A stretch of 64,000 nucleotides of DNA, taken from positions 111,228,001-111,292,000 of the forward strand of contig OX597820.1 of the NCBI GenBank assembly GCA_951406725.2, given 5' to 3'. The DNA is from Octopus vulgaris (lineage: Eukaryota). Position 1 is the first letter of the stretch; the number at the start of each line of letters is the position of its first letter. This document shows positions 40,538 to 53,949 of the stretch, piece after piece. The position numbers were made by a program, and so were the translations under genes. The notes beneath the pieces are model-generated. The model ran no database searches. It was not told where the DNA came from and saw only the letters and a program-made list of their open reading frames with translations.

Positions 40538-41626
40538 TTTATTTCTATTTGTTTATTTATCTGTGTATTTATTATGTTTTCGGGACCCTCTATCGTCATA
40601 TGTTGTGGTGTGTGCTAGTGCTCCATTCTAGTTTTCTATTCAGGCTTGGTTTATTTTCTATTATGTGTGTAGCTTCTGTAATTTGTCTGATTGTTGCATC
40701 TGTTCTATGTGTGGACAATATTTTAATTTCTATATTGTTGATTGATCCTCCATGTTCCTGTTCGGCGTGTTGGTACAAATCGATAAGCTTTTACCTTCCT
40801 TGAGTTGTCTCCAATGTTCATTTACCCGCTCTCCTATGCTTCGTGCCGTTTCCACTACGTATGTCGTTGTCTTGTTACTGCATCGTCCCTCTATACATCT
40901 TATACTATAGACTACATTTCTGGCTTTACAGTTTGTTTGTGGGCTAAATCTACATACAGTACAGTACTTATCCGTACAGTGGGGTTCTACGAAAAGGATA
41001 GGTTCTACCAATTATAGATTTGATAGGGTTGCCTGGCTTTTCAACAACTTTAATTCTTAGCTTAAGTTTGTCTAGGATCCTTCTAAAGCGGTACGCCAGT
41101 TCACCTCCAGGGGTGGTGTCAACGAACATGACACTCTGGTATTTATGGCTATCATACCAAGAGTTGGCCTTCCCTATTTTCTTTTTGTCCTTTCTATAGT
41201 GTTCCATGACTTGTTCCTATAGAGTGGGCAAATCCCATTCCTATCATTACATAATATATTATCAAATCTCTTCATGGCTCCTTTGTATACTCTGATCCTT
41301 TCTTTATGGCTGTAACCTGAGAACTGCATGCGGTGAATGAAATATTGTATGTGTCTCTTTAATTCTGTGGGCTCGCACATGCTTGACACATTTCTCATTA
41401 TTCTGACAAGGTCTGCCATCAAAATATTGAATTTGGCATTGTCCGCAATGGCTGAGTTCCGGTGGATCAAATATTTTGAGGCCTTAGGTTTGGCATAGTA
41501 TGAATGAAGGATTTGGGTTTTATTATTCACAATTTCTAAACTGGCAAAATGACCATTCCGAAATATAACAATATCTGTTTCAACACACGACTTCACATAA
41601 AAAATCTTGCACAACAAATATTTAAA
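39951..41626 (-). mobile_element. Neptune-type Penelope-like element copy 2 with short inverted 5' pLTR plus tail
   Basis: Thumb YYAKPKASKYLIHRNSA..RIMRNVS and EN on the minus strand (frameshifted); 41536-41626 is the sense pLTR end plus tail; (TA)n on both sides. Confidence 0.9.
40071..40115 (-). ncRNA. Candidate non-canonical hammerhead, Neptune copy 2
   Basis: GGACCA-CUGAUGCA-GUCACA(GGAG)UGUGAC-GAAA-GAACUC-UGGCC. Confidence 0.5.
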
Positions 41627-41627
41627 C

Positions 41628-41661
<34 letters not shown>

Positions 41662-42990
41662 TTATATATACATAAATATATATGTGTATGTATGCATGTA
41701 AATATGTGTGTATGTATAAAACAGTATTTTGAAAACAAAGAGTATAATATTTAATTTCGTATGTGTGTGGGGGTGCCTGTGTGTGGTTTCGGGTGTGTGA
41801 ATTTGATAAAAATCAATATATTTTACGATAAAAATTTAGTTTTGATTAAAATACCAGTGACTTCAGAGCAAAACACCTCTCTACAGTTCGTCTGCTTTTA
41901 ACATTTCTGACTGCCGCCTTCCCCCACTCCATTTGTTTTTTTATTTCTCCTCGTCCAGCGTGACCGGTGTGAAACACATCTTATTTCATTCTATGTAAGG
42001 TAAGATCAATTAAACTTTATGATAGCAGAATGAACTGCCAAATACAAACGACAAACAAAACAACTAGGTAAAGACGCTCCTACAGCAAGGGAGTTGTTGC
42101 ATAATTTAGAAAACTTCAAAATATTTTATTACGCTAAGGAGTTACTCGCAAAAAGTATATACACTACAGCATCGGCTCGACCAAAGCCTTGTGAGTGGAT
42201 TTGGTAGACGAAGACTGAAAGAAACCCGTTGTATAGGTGTGTACGTGAGTGTGTGTTTTCGTGTGTGTGTCTGTGTCTGTGTTTGTCCCCCACCACCGCA
42301 TGACTGGTGTTGGTGTGTTTATGTCCTCGTAACGTAGCGGTTCAGCAAGACTCCGATAAAATAAATACCAGGTTTTAAAAAATGTAATAAGTCGATTCAG
42401 TCGGCTAAAAATCTTTTAACATGGTGCCCCTGCATGGCCGCAGTCTAATAAATGAAACAAGTAAAAAGCTAAAGATACGATATACAAGGACACGTAGCGT
42501 ATTATGTAGACTGTTATTGAGCAATGCAATGGGGTAGGTAGTTTGAGGTTCGTAGTTTTTGGGGGCGTCGGAACAATAAGTTCATTTTGGTATTTGCTTT
42601 TTATTCCTCTGGTGTTAGTAAAATGAAGTACCAGTCAACTGTTTGTCTTGATGTTATCAACTACCTACATTCTTGAAATTGCATGTATTTATGCGTGCAT
42701 ACATGTGTGTATAAATACAAGCATACATGTATGTATTTGTATATCTACTAAGGTTTTGCCTGTCAGATGACGGTTAACTTTGAAAGTACACATTTACCAC
42801 TGTTGGTATCTAATATAATATAGTACACATACAATAATCATAATTTAACTTCTATGAAATTATACAAAAATTATGAAATGGATGCTAATTTTCAAAAGAA
42901 AATCTATTACTTTCGAATGAAATTAAACCAATATTCAAGAAGAAATGAAAACAATATTTTCCGTGTTGATTTTATGGCAGTTCACACACA

Positions 42991-43066
<76 letters not shown>

Positions 43067-43122
43067 ATATATATATACCTATCTCTTTCTTTGTCGCGTT
43101 CTTTCTCTCTCCCTCTCTCTCC

Positions 43123-43164
<42 letters not shown>

Positions 43165-43466
43165 CGTGGCACTCCGTCGGTTACGACGACGAGTGTTCCA
43201 GTTGATCCGATCAGCGGAACAGCCTACTCGAGAAATTAACGTGTAAGTGGCTGAGCACTCCACAGACACGTGTACCCTTTGAAATATAGGTACAACAGAA
43301 ACAGGAAGAAAGAGTGAAAGTTGTAGTGAAAGAGTACAGCAGGGTTCACCACCATCCCCTGCTGGAGCCTCGTGGAGCTTTAGGTGTTTTCACACAATAA
43401 ACACTCACAACGCCCGGTCTGCGAATCGAGTCCGCTGCCTAACCACTGGGCCATTACACCTCCACT
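43165..43466 (-). mobile_element. tRNA-derived SINE (second family)
   Basis: Minus-strand head GTGGAGGTGTAATGGCCCAGTGGTTAGG (A box), tail ending in (TA)n. Confidence 0.7.
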
Positions 43467-44285
43467 TCGGTCATGACTGACGATGGGTTGCACCTAGAAA
43501 GTTACCCTCCCAGGCACAAGTCTGTTTATGGATGACCACCAGTCGCCCATGCATACCGGCCTCCCCTCTCCACGCCACCAGTGTTGTGCAGAGTTTCGGA
43601 TGCCGGGGCTGAAGTCTGCTCCAGCATCTCAGCAGTTATTAAGACAAACGCTATGAAAAAAAACGTTGAATAAAAGGGAATTACTCCAATAGGCATGGGG
43701 AAAGTAATACTTCATTCATAGAATCCGCATATGCATAAATATATACACACACATTCACGTATGCACACACATACATGTATGTATATATATCTATATACAT
43801 ACTCACACACGCGTGTACTTATACATACAAACACACATATATACATATGTATGTCTACGCATACACGCACATACGCATATATACCCATGCATGCATCACT
43901 TCACTCATACATACATCTCTATACGCTCATACATACGCGGATATACAAAACGTAGTTTATACGCACATGCATATACATACGTGGAGAGACGTATATACAA
44001 ATAAAAACACATACGCAAAAACGCACGCATCATTATGTTCATATACACATCTCTATACGCACATACACATACATATGCGGATATGCAAAATAACCTCAAA
44101 ACGCACATACACATACATACGCGGATAGACGTATATACAAATAAAAACACATACGCATAAAAACATAAACCGTAAAACATTCACATTCGCCGCAAAACTT
44201 GAATATACAAATGAGTTATATATGTATATACACAAATACACCCTCCCGTCTGTCATTTATACTATTGATATTATTATTATTATTA

Positions 44286-44328
<43 letters not shown>

Positions 44329-44389
44329 CATTATTATTATTATTGCTATTTATAACATTTCTGGCTAACTTAATATTTTTCTATTTAGT

Positions 44390-45383
44390 CTAGCTATTAT
44401 GGTACTTATATTTGGATGAGTAGAGTATGATATTCTCACTGATTTGCAAGAAATCATTTTATAATGTTTATGGGAAGCAGGGAAACTTGTTTCTAGTATG
44501 GACATAATTATGCCGTATATGTTCGTAGAAATTGCACAGTTGAATGGAATATTCAGCCATACAACATTTTTTCTTTTGAATTTTTTTATTTGAGTAAGGG
44601 TGGGGAAGATTTATATTATCTATATCCTTTAGAGTTTTGTTATTCTCTTTAGTCCTATATATATATTTATTAGGTTTTTTATCAGTGCGAGAGATTTTTA
44701 TATTATTATTTGTATCTATTCTATTTAACTTAACCTTTTTTATATGTCCTGTTTACCATTTCCATTTATTGCATCAGGTTTATATGCTAGGTTATCTGTT
44801 TTAGTTGATTTATATTTTTTTAAAGTTGAAGATTCTATATTATTTGAGCTATTTTTATTCAATTTCTCATTTGAAAGATTTATATTATCAAGATCTAGGA
44901 AGGTGATTTCCTGGTTATATCCTGCTCTAAATAAAGCAACATTGTAATAATGTGAGTGAGAATTTAAAATTTCATTGTTAGACGATAATTTTGTAATTCT
45001 TCTCAAAACACTTCTAAATATCGATTTCAGTATATTAAGGGGTGGTTTGATAATTTATTTACGTATCTAATAATTTCACCATCTTTTCTATATGGGTAAA
45101 TATAATTTCAAGTTTAAATCTAAAGTAGCATCTAGAAAGTTAACTATCTTGGTGTTATATTCATACGTGATGCCTAAGTTGAAATCCTTGAAAAATCCAC
45201 TAATTTTCTTCCTTATTCTCTCAAGGATCGATTTATTATTACTAGGGGCGATAAATAATGCTTTATCCCTATATAAACCCCCTTGTAATTCGGGGATCTC
45301 TCTACTTAGGCATTTTAATAAGTAAGACCCTACTAAATTAATGACTTCCGCTGAGTCACTGGAGCCCATGGGTATATCTAAAT
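44390..45383 (-). mobile_element. Naiad-type PLE RT/thumb fragment
   Basis: [21 protein letters not shown](K), VNFLDATLDL, RRITKLSSN..YYN.AL..AGY, VVWLNIPF. Confidence 0.85.
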
Positions 45384-45402
45384 TATATGAGTATATATAT
45401 AT

Positions 45403-45448
<46 letters not shown>

Positions 45449-45454
45449 GTTATG

Positions 45455-45516
<62 letters not shown>

Positions 45517-45517
45517 G

Positions 45518-45556
<39 letters not shown>

Positions 45557-45829
45557 GTATCGATGTATGTACATATACGTATGCATATATGCATATATAT
45601 TTTTTATTTATATTATTGTATGATCGAACGCCACGCATTCTCTTCCAAGTAAGTTTTATCTTAATAATTCTGATGCGCACTCTATACGATCTTTTTACTC
45701 TTTCGTTTTTTCTCTCTTTTTCTCTCTCTCTTATTCTTTTACCTCCTCTTCTCCCACTATTCTATCTTATTACTCTGTCACTCCCTCTTCCTCACTCTCT
45801 CTCCCTCACTCTTCCTCCCTTGCTCACGT

Positions 45830-46125
45830 GGCTCCCACGTGACAATCGGCCATCTTTCTTTCTTTCTTTCCGTTGTAGCTGGAACAAGGAAGACGTGTTC
45901 TTGTTTGTCTCCTGCCCTAGCTTGATTTACGCGTTCGCCACCACAACCTCGTTTAGGCTTAGCAGCCCTTCCTGTTTCTTTTCACTGTCTTGTTTGTGTT
46001 ACCTATTTTGCGGGAGCAACTGTTTTATCGAAAGCGTATATAGTTGTTAAATGCTCGAAATACGAGACTAGAAAAACAGCCAACAACTGATGAAGGGTCG
46101 TTCTTTATGCTGTTTGTTTTGTTTT
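45830..46125 (+). repeat. Dispersed ~300-bp repeat (PLE pLTR-like), copy 1
   Basis: Matches 51158-51495 (CCCACGTGAC..GTAGCTGGAACAAGGAAGACGTG..AACAGCCAACAACTGATGAAGGGTCG). Confidence 0.8.
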
Positions 46126-46216
46126 CCATTTGCATATTTCGTTGTTCGAATGAATAGTTCATGCTCCATGTACTTGTGCTTCGTACTTTTTTGTTGTACA
46201 TGTTTCATGACGTCCT

Positions 46217-48083
46217 GTGCCCACATATGTATCAATTAAAAAATCGTTGATTAATAATATAAGTAAACGTATATCATTACTTTCTTATGATTTAGAGATT
46301 TTTAATAAACATGCTCCTTATTACAATGAGGCCCTTAGAGAGGCAGGTTATAATAGTTATATTAATTTTTTTATTAAAAATAAAGATATAACTAATAATA
46401 TTAGAGATAAAAATATTAATAATAATTATAATAATTTTGTTAGTAATAATGGTAATAATATTAGAAATTATAAAAATAAAAATAATATAAATAAAAATAA
46501 GAATAAAAATAAAAATAAAATTAATAACTTTAATAATTCTTTAAATATTAATTATAAATATAAATCTAATAATAATAACAATATGATAAAGAAATATAAT
46601 AATAACAATAATAATGACAGTTTTAATAATAAGAAGAAGGAAAATAAGAATAAAATTTGGTTAATAGTTCCTTATGGTGCTCAAGTTAAAACGAACATTA
46701 TTAAAGAAATTTTAGATATTATTTATTCGAGATAATCGTAAATATAAAAACATTTTCTCTAGTAATAATTTTGGAGTAGGTTATTCCACCACTAATAGTG
46801 TAGGTAACATTATTTCTTCTTTTAACAAATTTAAACTGAATAATTTTTATAAAAATAAATTATATAATAATACCAATAATAAAGACAAGACACTAATTAA
46901 CTGTACATGTAGAGATAAAACTAAATGTAAATTAAATAATAAATGTGATATTAACGATGTAGTGTATAAATGTATAGTTACATTACATGATAAGAATAAT
47001 AAGAATAATAATAACTCAAACGCGATATATATAGGGTCCACTTCCTCTAAAACAAAATTAAGAATCGCACAACATATGAATTCATTTAAAAATAAAAACT
47101 TTATTAACTCCACTGGACTTAGCAAGTACATTTGGAGACTTAAATCCCAAAATATTAATTATAATTTATCTTGGGAAATGATTAGTAAAACTAAATCATA
47201 TAGTATAGGAGCGAATTTTTGTTATTTATGTTCTAATGAGTTTAAGGAAATTTTATTTTATAAGCATGATAATTTACTGAATATCTGTGATGAGCGCAAA
47301 ATAAAATGCAGACACAAGTTACTTATATAATAAATTTCTTGATACATAATGATTATTTCTTAGCCTTAATTAGCTCCCTATTTGTTGTTTTATGTAATAG
47401 TATTATAAACATACCAGATGATTTGTAGTACTTATTATATTAGTTTATTTTAGTTATTTAGGTTCTGTTTTTAATTATAGTTAGATTATATATAGTTGTT
47501 CATTTTATTACTAAATATTTTATTACTAAATATATTTTTAATAAATATTTAATGGTTTATTGAATATAGAGTCTGGTAAGTTACAATTTTATTTATTTTA
47601 TATATTTTGTTATATTTCTATTATAACTTCGTTAAATTATAATTTTGTTATATTAATCTATTTGTATGTAATCTCTTTATATTTGAAATAGTTTTATTTA
47701 GTTGTTTATTTAATCTATTTTATTTAATATAGAAGTATAGATTAGTAGATTAATTATTTAGATTTAACTTAATATTTACCTCTATTTTGTATTGTAGTAT
47801 GATTATAGACATTTTTATATATCTATTTATTATATAATATATGTGGTTGTGTGTGTATGTATATATGTGTGTATGATGATGTGTGTGTATATATATGTAT
47901 ATGCATATACATTTATTTATGTGTATGTGTGTGGGTGTATATATATAGGTGTAAGTATATATATTGAGTATTGTATGTATGTACATGTATGAGTGTGCAT
48001 ATGTGTATGCGTGTATGTGTGTGTATATATGTGTGTATATATGTATATGAATGCATATGTGTATGTATGTGTATATGTGTATG

Positions 48084-48169
<86 letters not shown>

Positions 48170-49800
48170 GTATATGTATGTACATTTCCTTATATATTTA
48201 TGTATACGTATGTATAGTTATACTACAAATTTGATAAGTATTTATAGATTTTGTTATGATCACTAATTTTAGCTTATAATTATAAGGGCATGGGAAAGAA
48301 TTTATAGTATGTTGAGGGGTTACTATATATATAAATTTTTATATATTTATTAATCTTATAAGATTTTTAGAATATATTTAATAATTAATGGTCTTTAATC
48401 ATTTAAATCATTTAATTTATTTTGTATTAAGTTTCATTTATCAAGTTATTTTATTAATAAACATTATAGTATAGAGAGATTTTATTCTTTATTTGTGACT
48501 TCATTCTATTTACAATGATAAACAAATAATTTCCCCATTCACAATCTTTAATAAAACATAGGTTCCTCACGCGTAATTAATTCTTCAACAATTTATTCCT
48601 TTTTTTTTTTTGCTAATAACGTAATTCCACGAGTATTCTTATAAACGCTGTAAAAGACGTTTTCTTATTCAAAATTTTAGTTCATTGTTAAACCTCGCTA
48701 AGATAAGTATGTATTTATTCAAGATCTTCAAATTGTAAATTTTAATATTGTATAAACCTTTGGAGTAATAATATTCTCCTTATGTAAATATCGTTGTTTA
48801 TGTAATGATTTAATTATCGTAATTTTCTATATTATTAGATATTAAATTTAAGTTTAACCCTAAGATACTTCTTAGCGATAGATTTGTTATTTGATAGCAA
48901 GCATACTAGGTGTATTAAGTTAGGCTTTGTATATACATGTTTTAATAGTATTAATTGTAGTTTTAAATTTATAATTAAATTAGATAAACTTTGATAAACT
49001 TAGATATGTTTCGACTAAAGATTGGTCCAGGCCATGTCTAATTTAATAGCATAACTTAGTTATTTATTTAAATTTATATTCGATAATTATTCCCATTCAT
49101 AATTATATTTATAGTATTTATTCGATACTATATTACTACGAATTGATTATTTCTAAAAGTATTTTACATAAGATTTCCGAAAGTTCGTTTAAGTTAGTTT
49201 ATTTGTATTTTGAAATTAGCTATTTCATCTTTAAATATGAAAAATTAAATTTATTAGGTTTTTCTTATATGTGCATGTACAATTATTTATAGAGATTATT
49301 TTAGATCTTAATTATAATATTTATATACATTTATATATTTTCATTGATAATTTATATATATTAGTCATTTTAAATATTTATGTAATTAGATATAGACTAA
49401 TATTGATATTAGATTATGGGTGGGTTTCCTACCTTATAAATTAAAATTAATATTTAACATTATAGTCGATTTGGATATAATCATAATTGTTAAGTTCTAT
49501 GTCTCTAGTTTGATAATAGAGTTTATTATAAGTAAAATTCTTATATTATATATATTATTTATATCTTTAAAATATTGTTTAAATATTTCTGATTATATTT
49601 TAGATATTTCAATCACCTGAAGATTGACTGTAACTCGAATTTTTACGAATTGGACAGCCACGAAACGATCGTAGTGTTATACTCATTATCTTTTTTTAAT
49701 AATTTTGATATATATTTAAAATAATATAAATTAATTAATTTTATGTATTGGCTTAAGTTTTTCATTGTATGATTTGCCTAATAGTGGTTTTATCTCTAAT
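46217..49800 (+). mobile_element. Naiad-type Penelope-like element 2 (thumb, Asn-rich linker, GIY-YIG, long AT-rich 3' UTR, hammerhead)
   Basis: ISKRIS.LS..APYYNEALREAGY, CTC..C..C..VVYKC..IYIGST..R..H..SF..LSKYIW.LK..C.LC..E..LLN..C.H; hammerhead at 49614-49676; 3' boundary inferred. Confidence 0.75.
49614..49676 (+). ncRNA. Type I hammerhead ribozyme
   Basis: CAC-CUGAAGA-stem II (UGACUGU/ACAGCCA)-GAAA-palindromic ACGAUCGU-GUA-GUG. Confidence 0.75.
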
Positions 49801-49877
49801 TTAATATAATATATATGCATATATATATATATATATGTATAGATGTAAGTATGTACATATACGTATATATATGCATA

Positions 49878-50015
<138 letters not shown>

Positions 50016-50201
50016 GTATTTTCCCTTGTTTACAATTAACACGGAAAAAAATAGATAAATAGTTACCAGGGTAGCAAAAATTCACACCAGTAAAAAGGTT
50101 GTAACTCCTTGTTTTTAAAGGTAGAAACTTCGGATTTACGTGAAATATTTTGTATAATATATACAAATAAATAAATGGAGTTAAACGTAGGTATTATTCA
50201 A

Positions 50202-50303
50202 ATTCTTTTACTTCCGACATATGTTTCGAAGATATCATTGGTTTTATTCCAAAGGAAAGAATGGTGTAAAACAATGTAATCTTCTCTTCAGGGAAATAAA
50301 GAA
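50202..50303 (-). ncRNA. Type I hammerhead ribozyme in an orphan PLE terminal fragment
   Basis: UUCC-CUGAAGA-GAAGAU..CAUUG..UUUUA/UAAAA..CAAUG..AUCUUC-GAAA-palindromic ACAUAUGU-GUC-GGAA; stem I extends further. Confidence 0.85.
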
Positions 50304-51157
50304 ATAAAATTCGTCAATAAGACATTTTAACAGAATATAATGGATGTGTAAATTAATGAACTGAACGTAATAAAGTTTCTGGAAAAAGGAACGTTAGAGG
50401 ATATAACGTCAAAGGTAGCCGATAAAAAGAGGAAGGGTAAAGGAAAGAAAAAATCGGAAACCAAATAAATACGAAGTATAGAACGATATGCAAATTAAAT
50501 AAAATCCTAAAGTTTTGGAAAAAGATATATCTAGTGAAAGTGAAATGTAAGAAGAAAATCAGTGTTTAAATTATATATGATAAATATCACTTATATGAAC
50601 TGAAGGTGTGTTTCTGCCAATGTATACATCGGTAAGCACAAGGGAAATTCTCTTCATGTATGTGTGTTAAAAAAAAGTATTTAACGGAGTGAGGCGAAAA
50701 TCTTTATAGCGGTGACTCACGAGAATAAAAGACGCGTTTCGCCCTTTATCGTTTATCTTTTACTTACTTCAGTCATTAGACTGCGATCATGCTGAGGTAC
50801 CGCCTTGAAGAATTTAAGTCGAATGAATCGACCCCAGTAATTATTCTATCGTTTCCTTTTGCCGAACCCCTGGTACTTATTCTATCGTTCGCTTTTGCCA
50901 AACCGCTAAGTTACGGTGACGTAAACACACCAACGCCAGTTATCAAACGCGCGCATGTGGACTGCTGGCAAATTCTTTTCTTCTTCTTCATTTTCTTTTA
51001 GACTTTCCTATGTTTCCTGTTTCCAAAGAATTTTGTTCGAAACGTAAAGCAACCACTCTTTCTTTCCTTCTCTGAACGTCTTATTAATACTTTGCATGTA
51101 CCACGTCCTCGCGTTGTTGTTTTTTGTTGTCTTTGTTTCTCCGTTCTTTTTATTAAA

Positions 51158-51495
51158 TCCCACGTGACCATCAGCCATCTTTCTTTCTTCTAACTTGTGT
51201 TTCTTTCATTCTCTCTGTTGTAGCTGGAACAAGGAAGACGTGTTTTTGTCTGTTTCTTGTCCTAGCTTGATTTACGCCTTCCCCACCACAACCTCGTTTT
51301 GGCTTAGTAGTCATTCCTGTTTGTTTTCACTGTCCTGTTACCAATTTTGACCTTCCTCAAAATCCCAAATTTTATTTGATTTGCGGGAGCAACTGTTTTA
51401 TCGAAAGCATATATTGTTGTTAAATGCTCGAAATACGAGAGTAGAAAAACAGCCAACAACTGATGAAGGGTCGTTCATTATGTTGTTTGTCTTGT
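51158..51495 (+). repeat. Dispersed ~300-bp repeat, copy 2
   Basis: Matches 45830-46125 with indels. Confidence 0.8.
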
Positions 51496-53111
51496 ATATG
51501 TGTGTGTTTGTTTGAGTTTCCGTCTACCAAATCTACTTACAAGGCTTTGGTCAGCCCGAGGTTATAGTAGAAGACACTTGGCCAAGATGTACAAGGTGCC
51601 ACGGAACCATGTGGTTGAGCAGCAAACTTCTTACCCCTCAACCACGCTTGTGGTTTTCATGACATTTATTGATACCATGCTCCCATTTGTTATTTGTTTA
51701 AACGAATATCGCGTCTCGATGCACAAGAAACAGAGAGTAATACATTTACTCATATTGCAGAAACTTTCCAGGCAGTAAAAATATTCGGTGTACGCAATTG
51801 AAGCGCTATTAAACTACAATTGCCATTTATGTATGATACGTAACGTTCTACACCGTCCAAAAGCATGATATTTTGGTTTTTGTCTGAGAGAAAATTTCCC
51901 AATATATACCGGAGCGTTCAGCAGTGACCCACGAGATTTTCTGGCGCATTTCGCCCTTCTTGAGTCCTAGCAATGACGTGCACTCGCTTGTCACATGCCT
52001 TGACGAAATCTATTACTTCCAATATATAGGTAAAAGGAAATAGGGAACAATACATTCACTGGGGTCACAGCTGGTATTATATTCATCTCGCTCTGATGTA
52101 CATTGAGTTTTTAACGATATGAGCAATATGATTTCGAAGGCATTTCCTCTGACAGAAACCCCATAGCATCATGTCTTTCAACGGTGTGTATACGTTACGT
52201 ATGATAAAGAGTTTGCTATTTTAACTTAATACTGCTTTAATTGCGTATATCGAGCTTTTAAACAACATAAGTATATTATTTCAAAACTTTATACATAAGC
52301 AGAACACTCTAATTTGCAGAGTATAAATGTAAACATACGTATGCTATGCGCACATGTATATTATGCATTAAAGAATAAACGTGTGTGAGCGCATAGAGAG
52401 AAGGGGGATAGGGCAGGAGAGAGAAAGAGGAAAGGGGGAAGAGAGGGAATGAGGGAGAGAGAGAGAGAGGGAAAGAGGGAAATGGGAAGAGAGGGAGAGA
52501 GATGGAGGAGAGTGATTTCAGAGATTCAGGAAGGTGAGTAAAGAATGTAAGTTTCAGTAATCTCACAGATTTACACGACAAAAAAAATGAGATTAATACA
52601 AATGTAAACTATAACACGTCGGTTAAAACTGCAATAAATATCTACTTTTTTGATCGTGGACGGTGGCGAAATGTTGAAAGATATTGAAATAGATAAAGAG
52701 TTTGGAGGAGATAAACAAAACGTCTGCTGCTTAATAACGTCTGTGATGAATGATCAGAGGAAATGGTCGAGGCAGAAAGGAACAACGCTAAACACGGCTC
52801 TCTGATCTTATATTTGCTTACGGTACTGCTGCTCGTGTGCATATGTGTGTATGTGTATATGCGTGAGTGTATATATATATGTGTGTGTGTGCGTGTGTGT
52901 TTGTGTGTATATGCATGTGTGTGCATGTATGTAGGTATGTGTGTGTGAATGTAAATATGTGTGAATATATGCGTATATATTTGTACATATGCATACGTGT
53001 GTATTGTACATATATATATGCAAATATATATGTATATATTTATGTATGTATATACAAATATATACACACACACACACACACACTCACATACACATGCTCA
53101 TATACACATAT

Positions 53112-53945
53112 ATGAGGTACATTCCAGAAGGTTTGAAGCTTTTTTTTAGAAGAGGCAGTTATAACTGTCCTGGATTATTGTAATTCTAGGACAGCATTAC
53201 TATACATCTGATGAGCTGACCTGTCAACTTTTTAAATTCCAGATTAAAGGAGACAGCTCAAGCAGCACTTTGAACTCACCCTACTAAACACTGTTTGCAA
53301 AATTCAGTTGAAACATGAAGACAATTTGGAAGCTTGCTACACAATAAAATTTTATGTTGAACTGGGGGAAAAAACTCTACAGAAACTTATGAAAAGCCCC
53401 TGACTGTTAATGGATTAATGTATACCAACCGAGCATCTTTTTTCCTCTTAATACAAGAGGTGTAAAGACAGTAGAGGGGAGGTGAGAGATGATGAGAGGT
53501 GTTGGAGGGAGAGGGACGTCAAAACATCAGAGCTAGTTGAGAAAATACGCAATTTTCTGGATGAAGAGCGTCGTATTTCTATATAGACAATAAGCATATT
53601 GTTTGGAGTTGGTGTAGCTACTTTACACAGAATTATTCATGAACATCTGAACATACGCAAAATTTGTGCAAAGTTTGTCCCTGGGGTGTTCAGTGACGAA
53701 CAGACGGAAAGACACATTGGTGACAGTAGGGAAATAGTTAAGCTCATTACTTCCAATCCAAGAGTATTTGAGTCTCTGTTGACCTGTGAAAAAATCTGGA
53801 TCTACTGTTATGATCCAGAGATGTTAAAAAGAGTGCCCAATCGAAGCATCTTGACTCCCCAGACCCAAAACAAGTCCACTGGGAAACTTAGGATAATCTC
53901 TTTTTTGATAACAAGGGCACCAACTACATCCACTAGGGTCCCCTA
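53112..53945 (+). mobile_element. Decayed mariner, 5' half
   Basis: TA|TGAGG TIR-like start; IIHEHLNIRKICAKFVP, LLTCEKIWIYCYDPE (TGDETW-like). Confidence 0.8.
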
Positions 53946-53949
53946 GTCA

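Noticed and set aside
46005-46100. Hammerhead in the 300-bp repeat
   Set aside because: GAGCA/TGCTC-GAAA lacks an upstream CUGANGA in both copies, and the downstream CTGATGA lacks a GAAA
48995-49060. Minus-strand GAAACATATCT hammerhead-like half
   Set aside because: No CUGANGA core or stem I
51015-51050. Minimal hammerhead remnant (..GAATTTTGTTCGAAACGTAAA)
   Set aside because: The core is missing; too degraded to call
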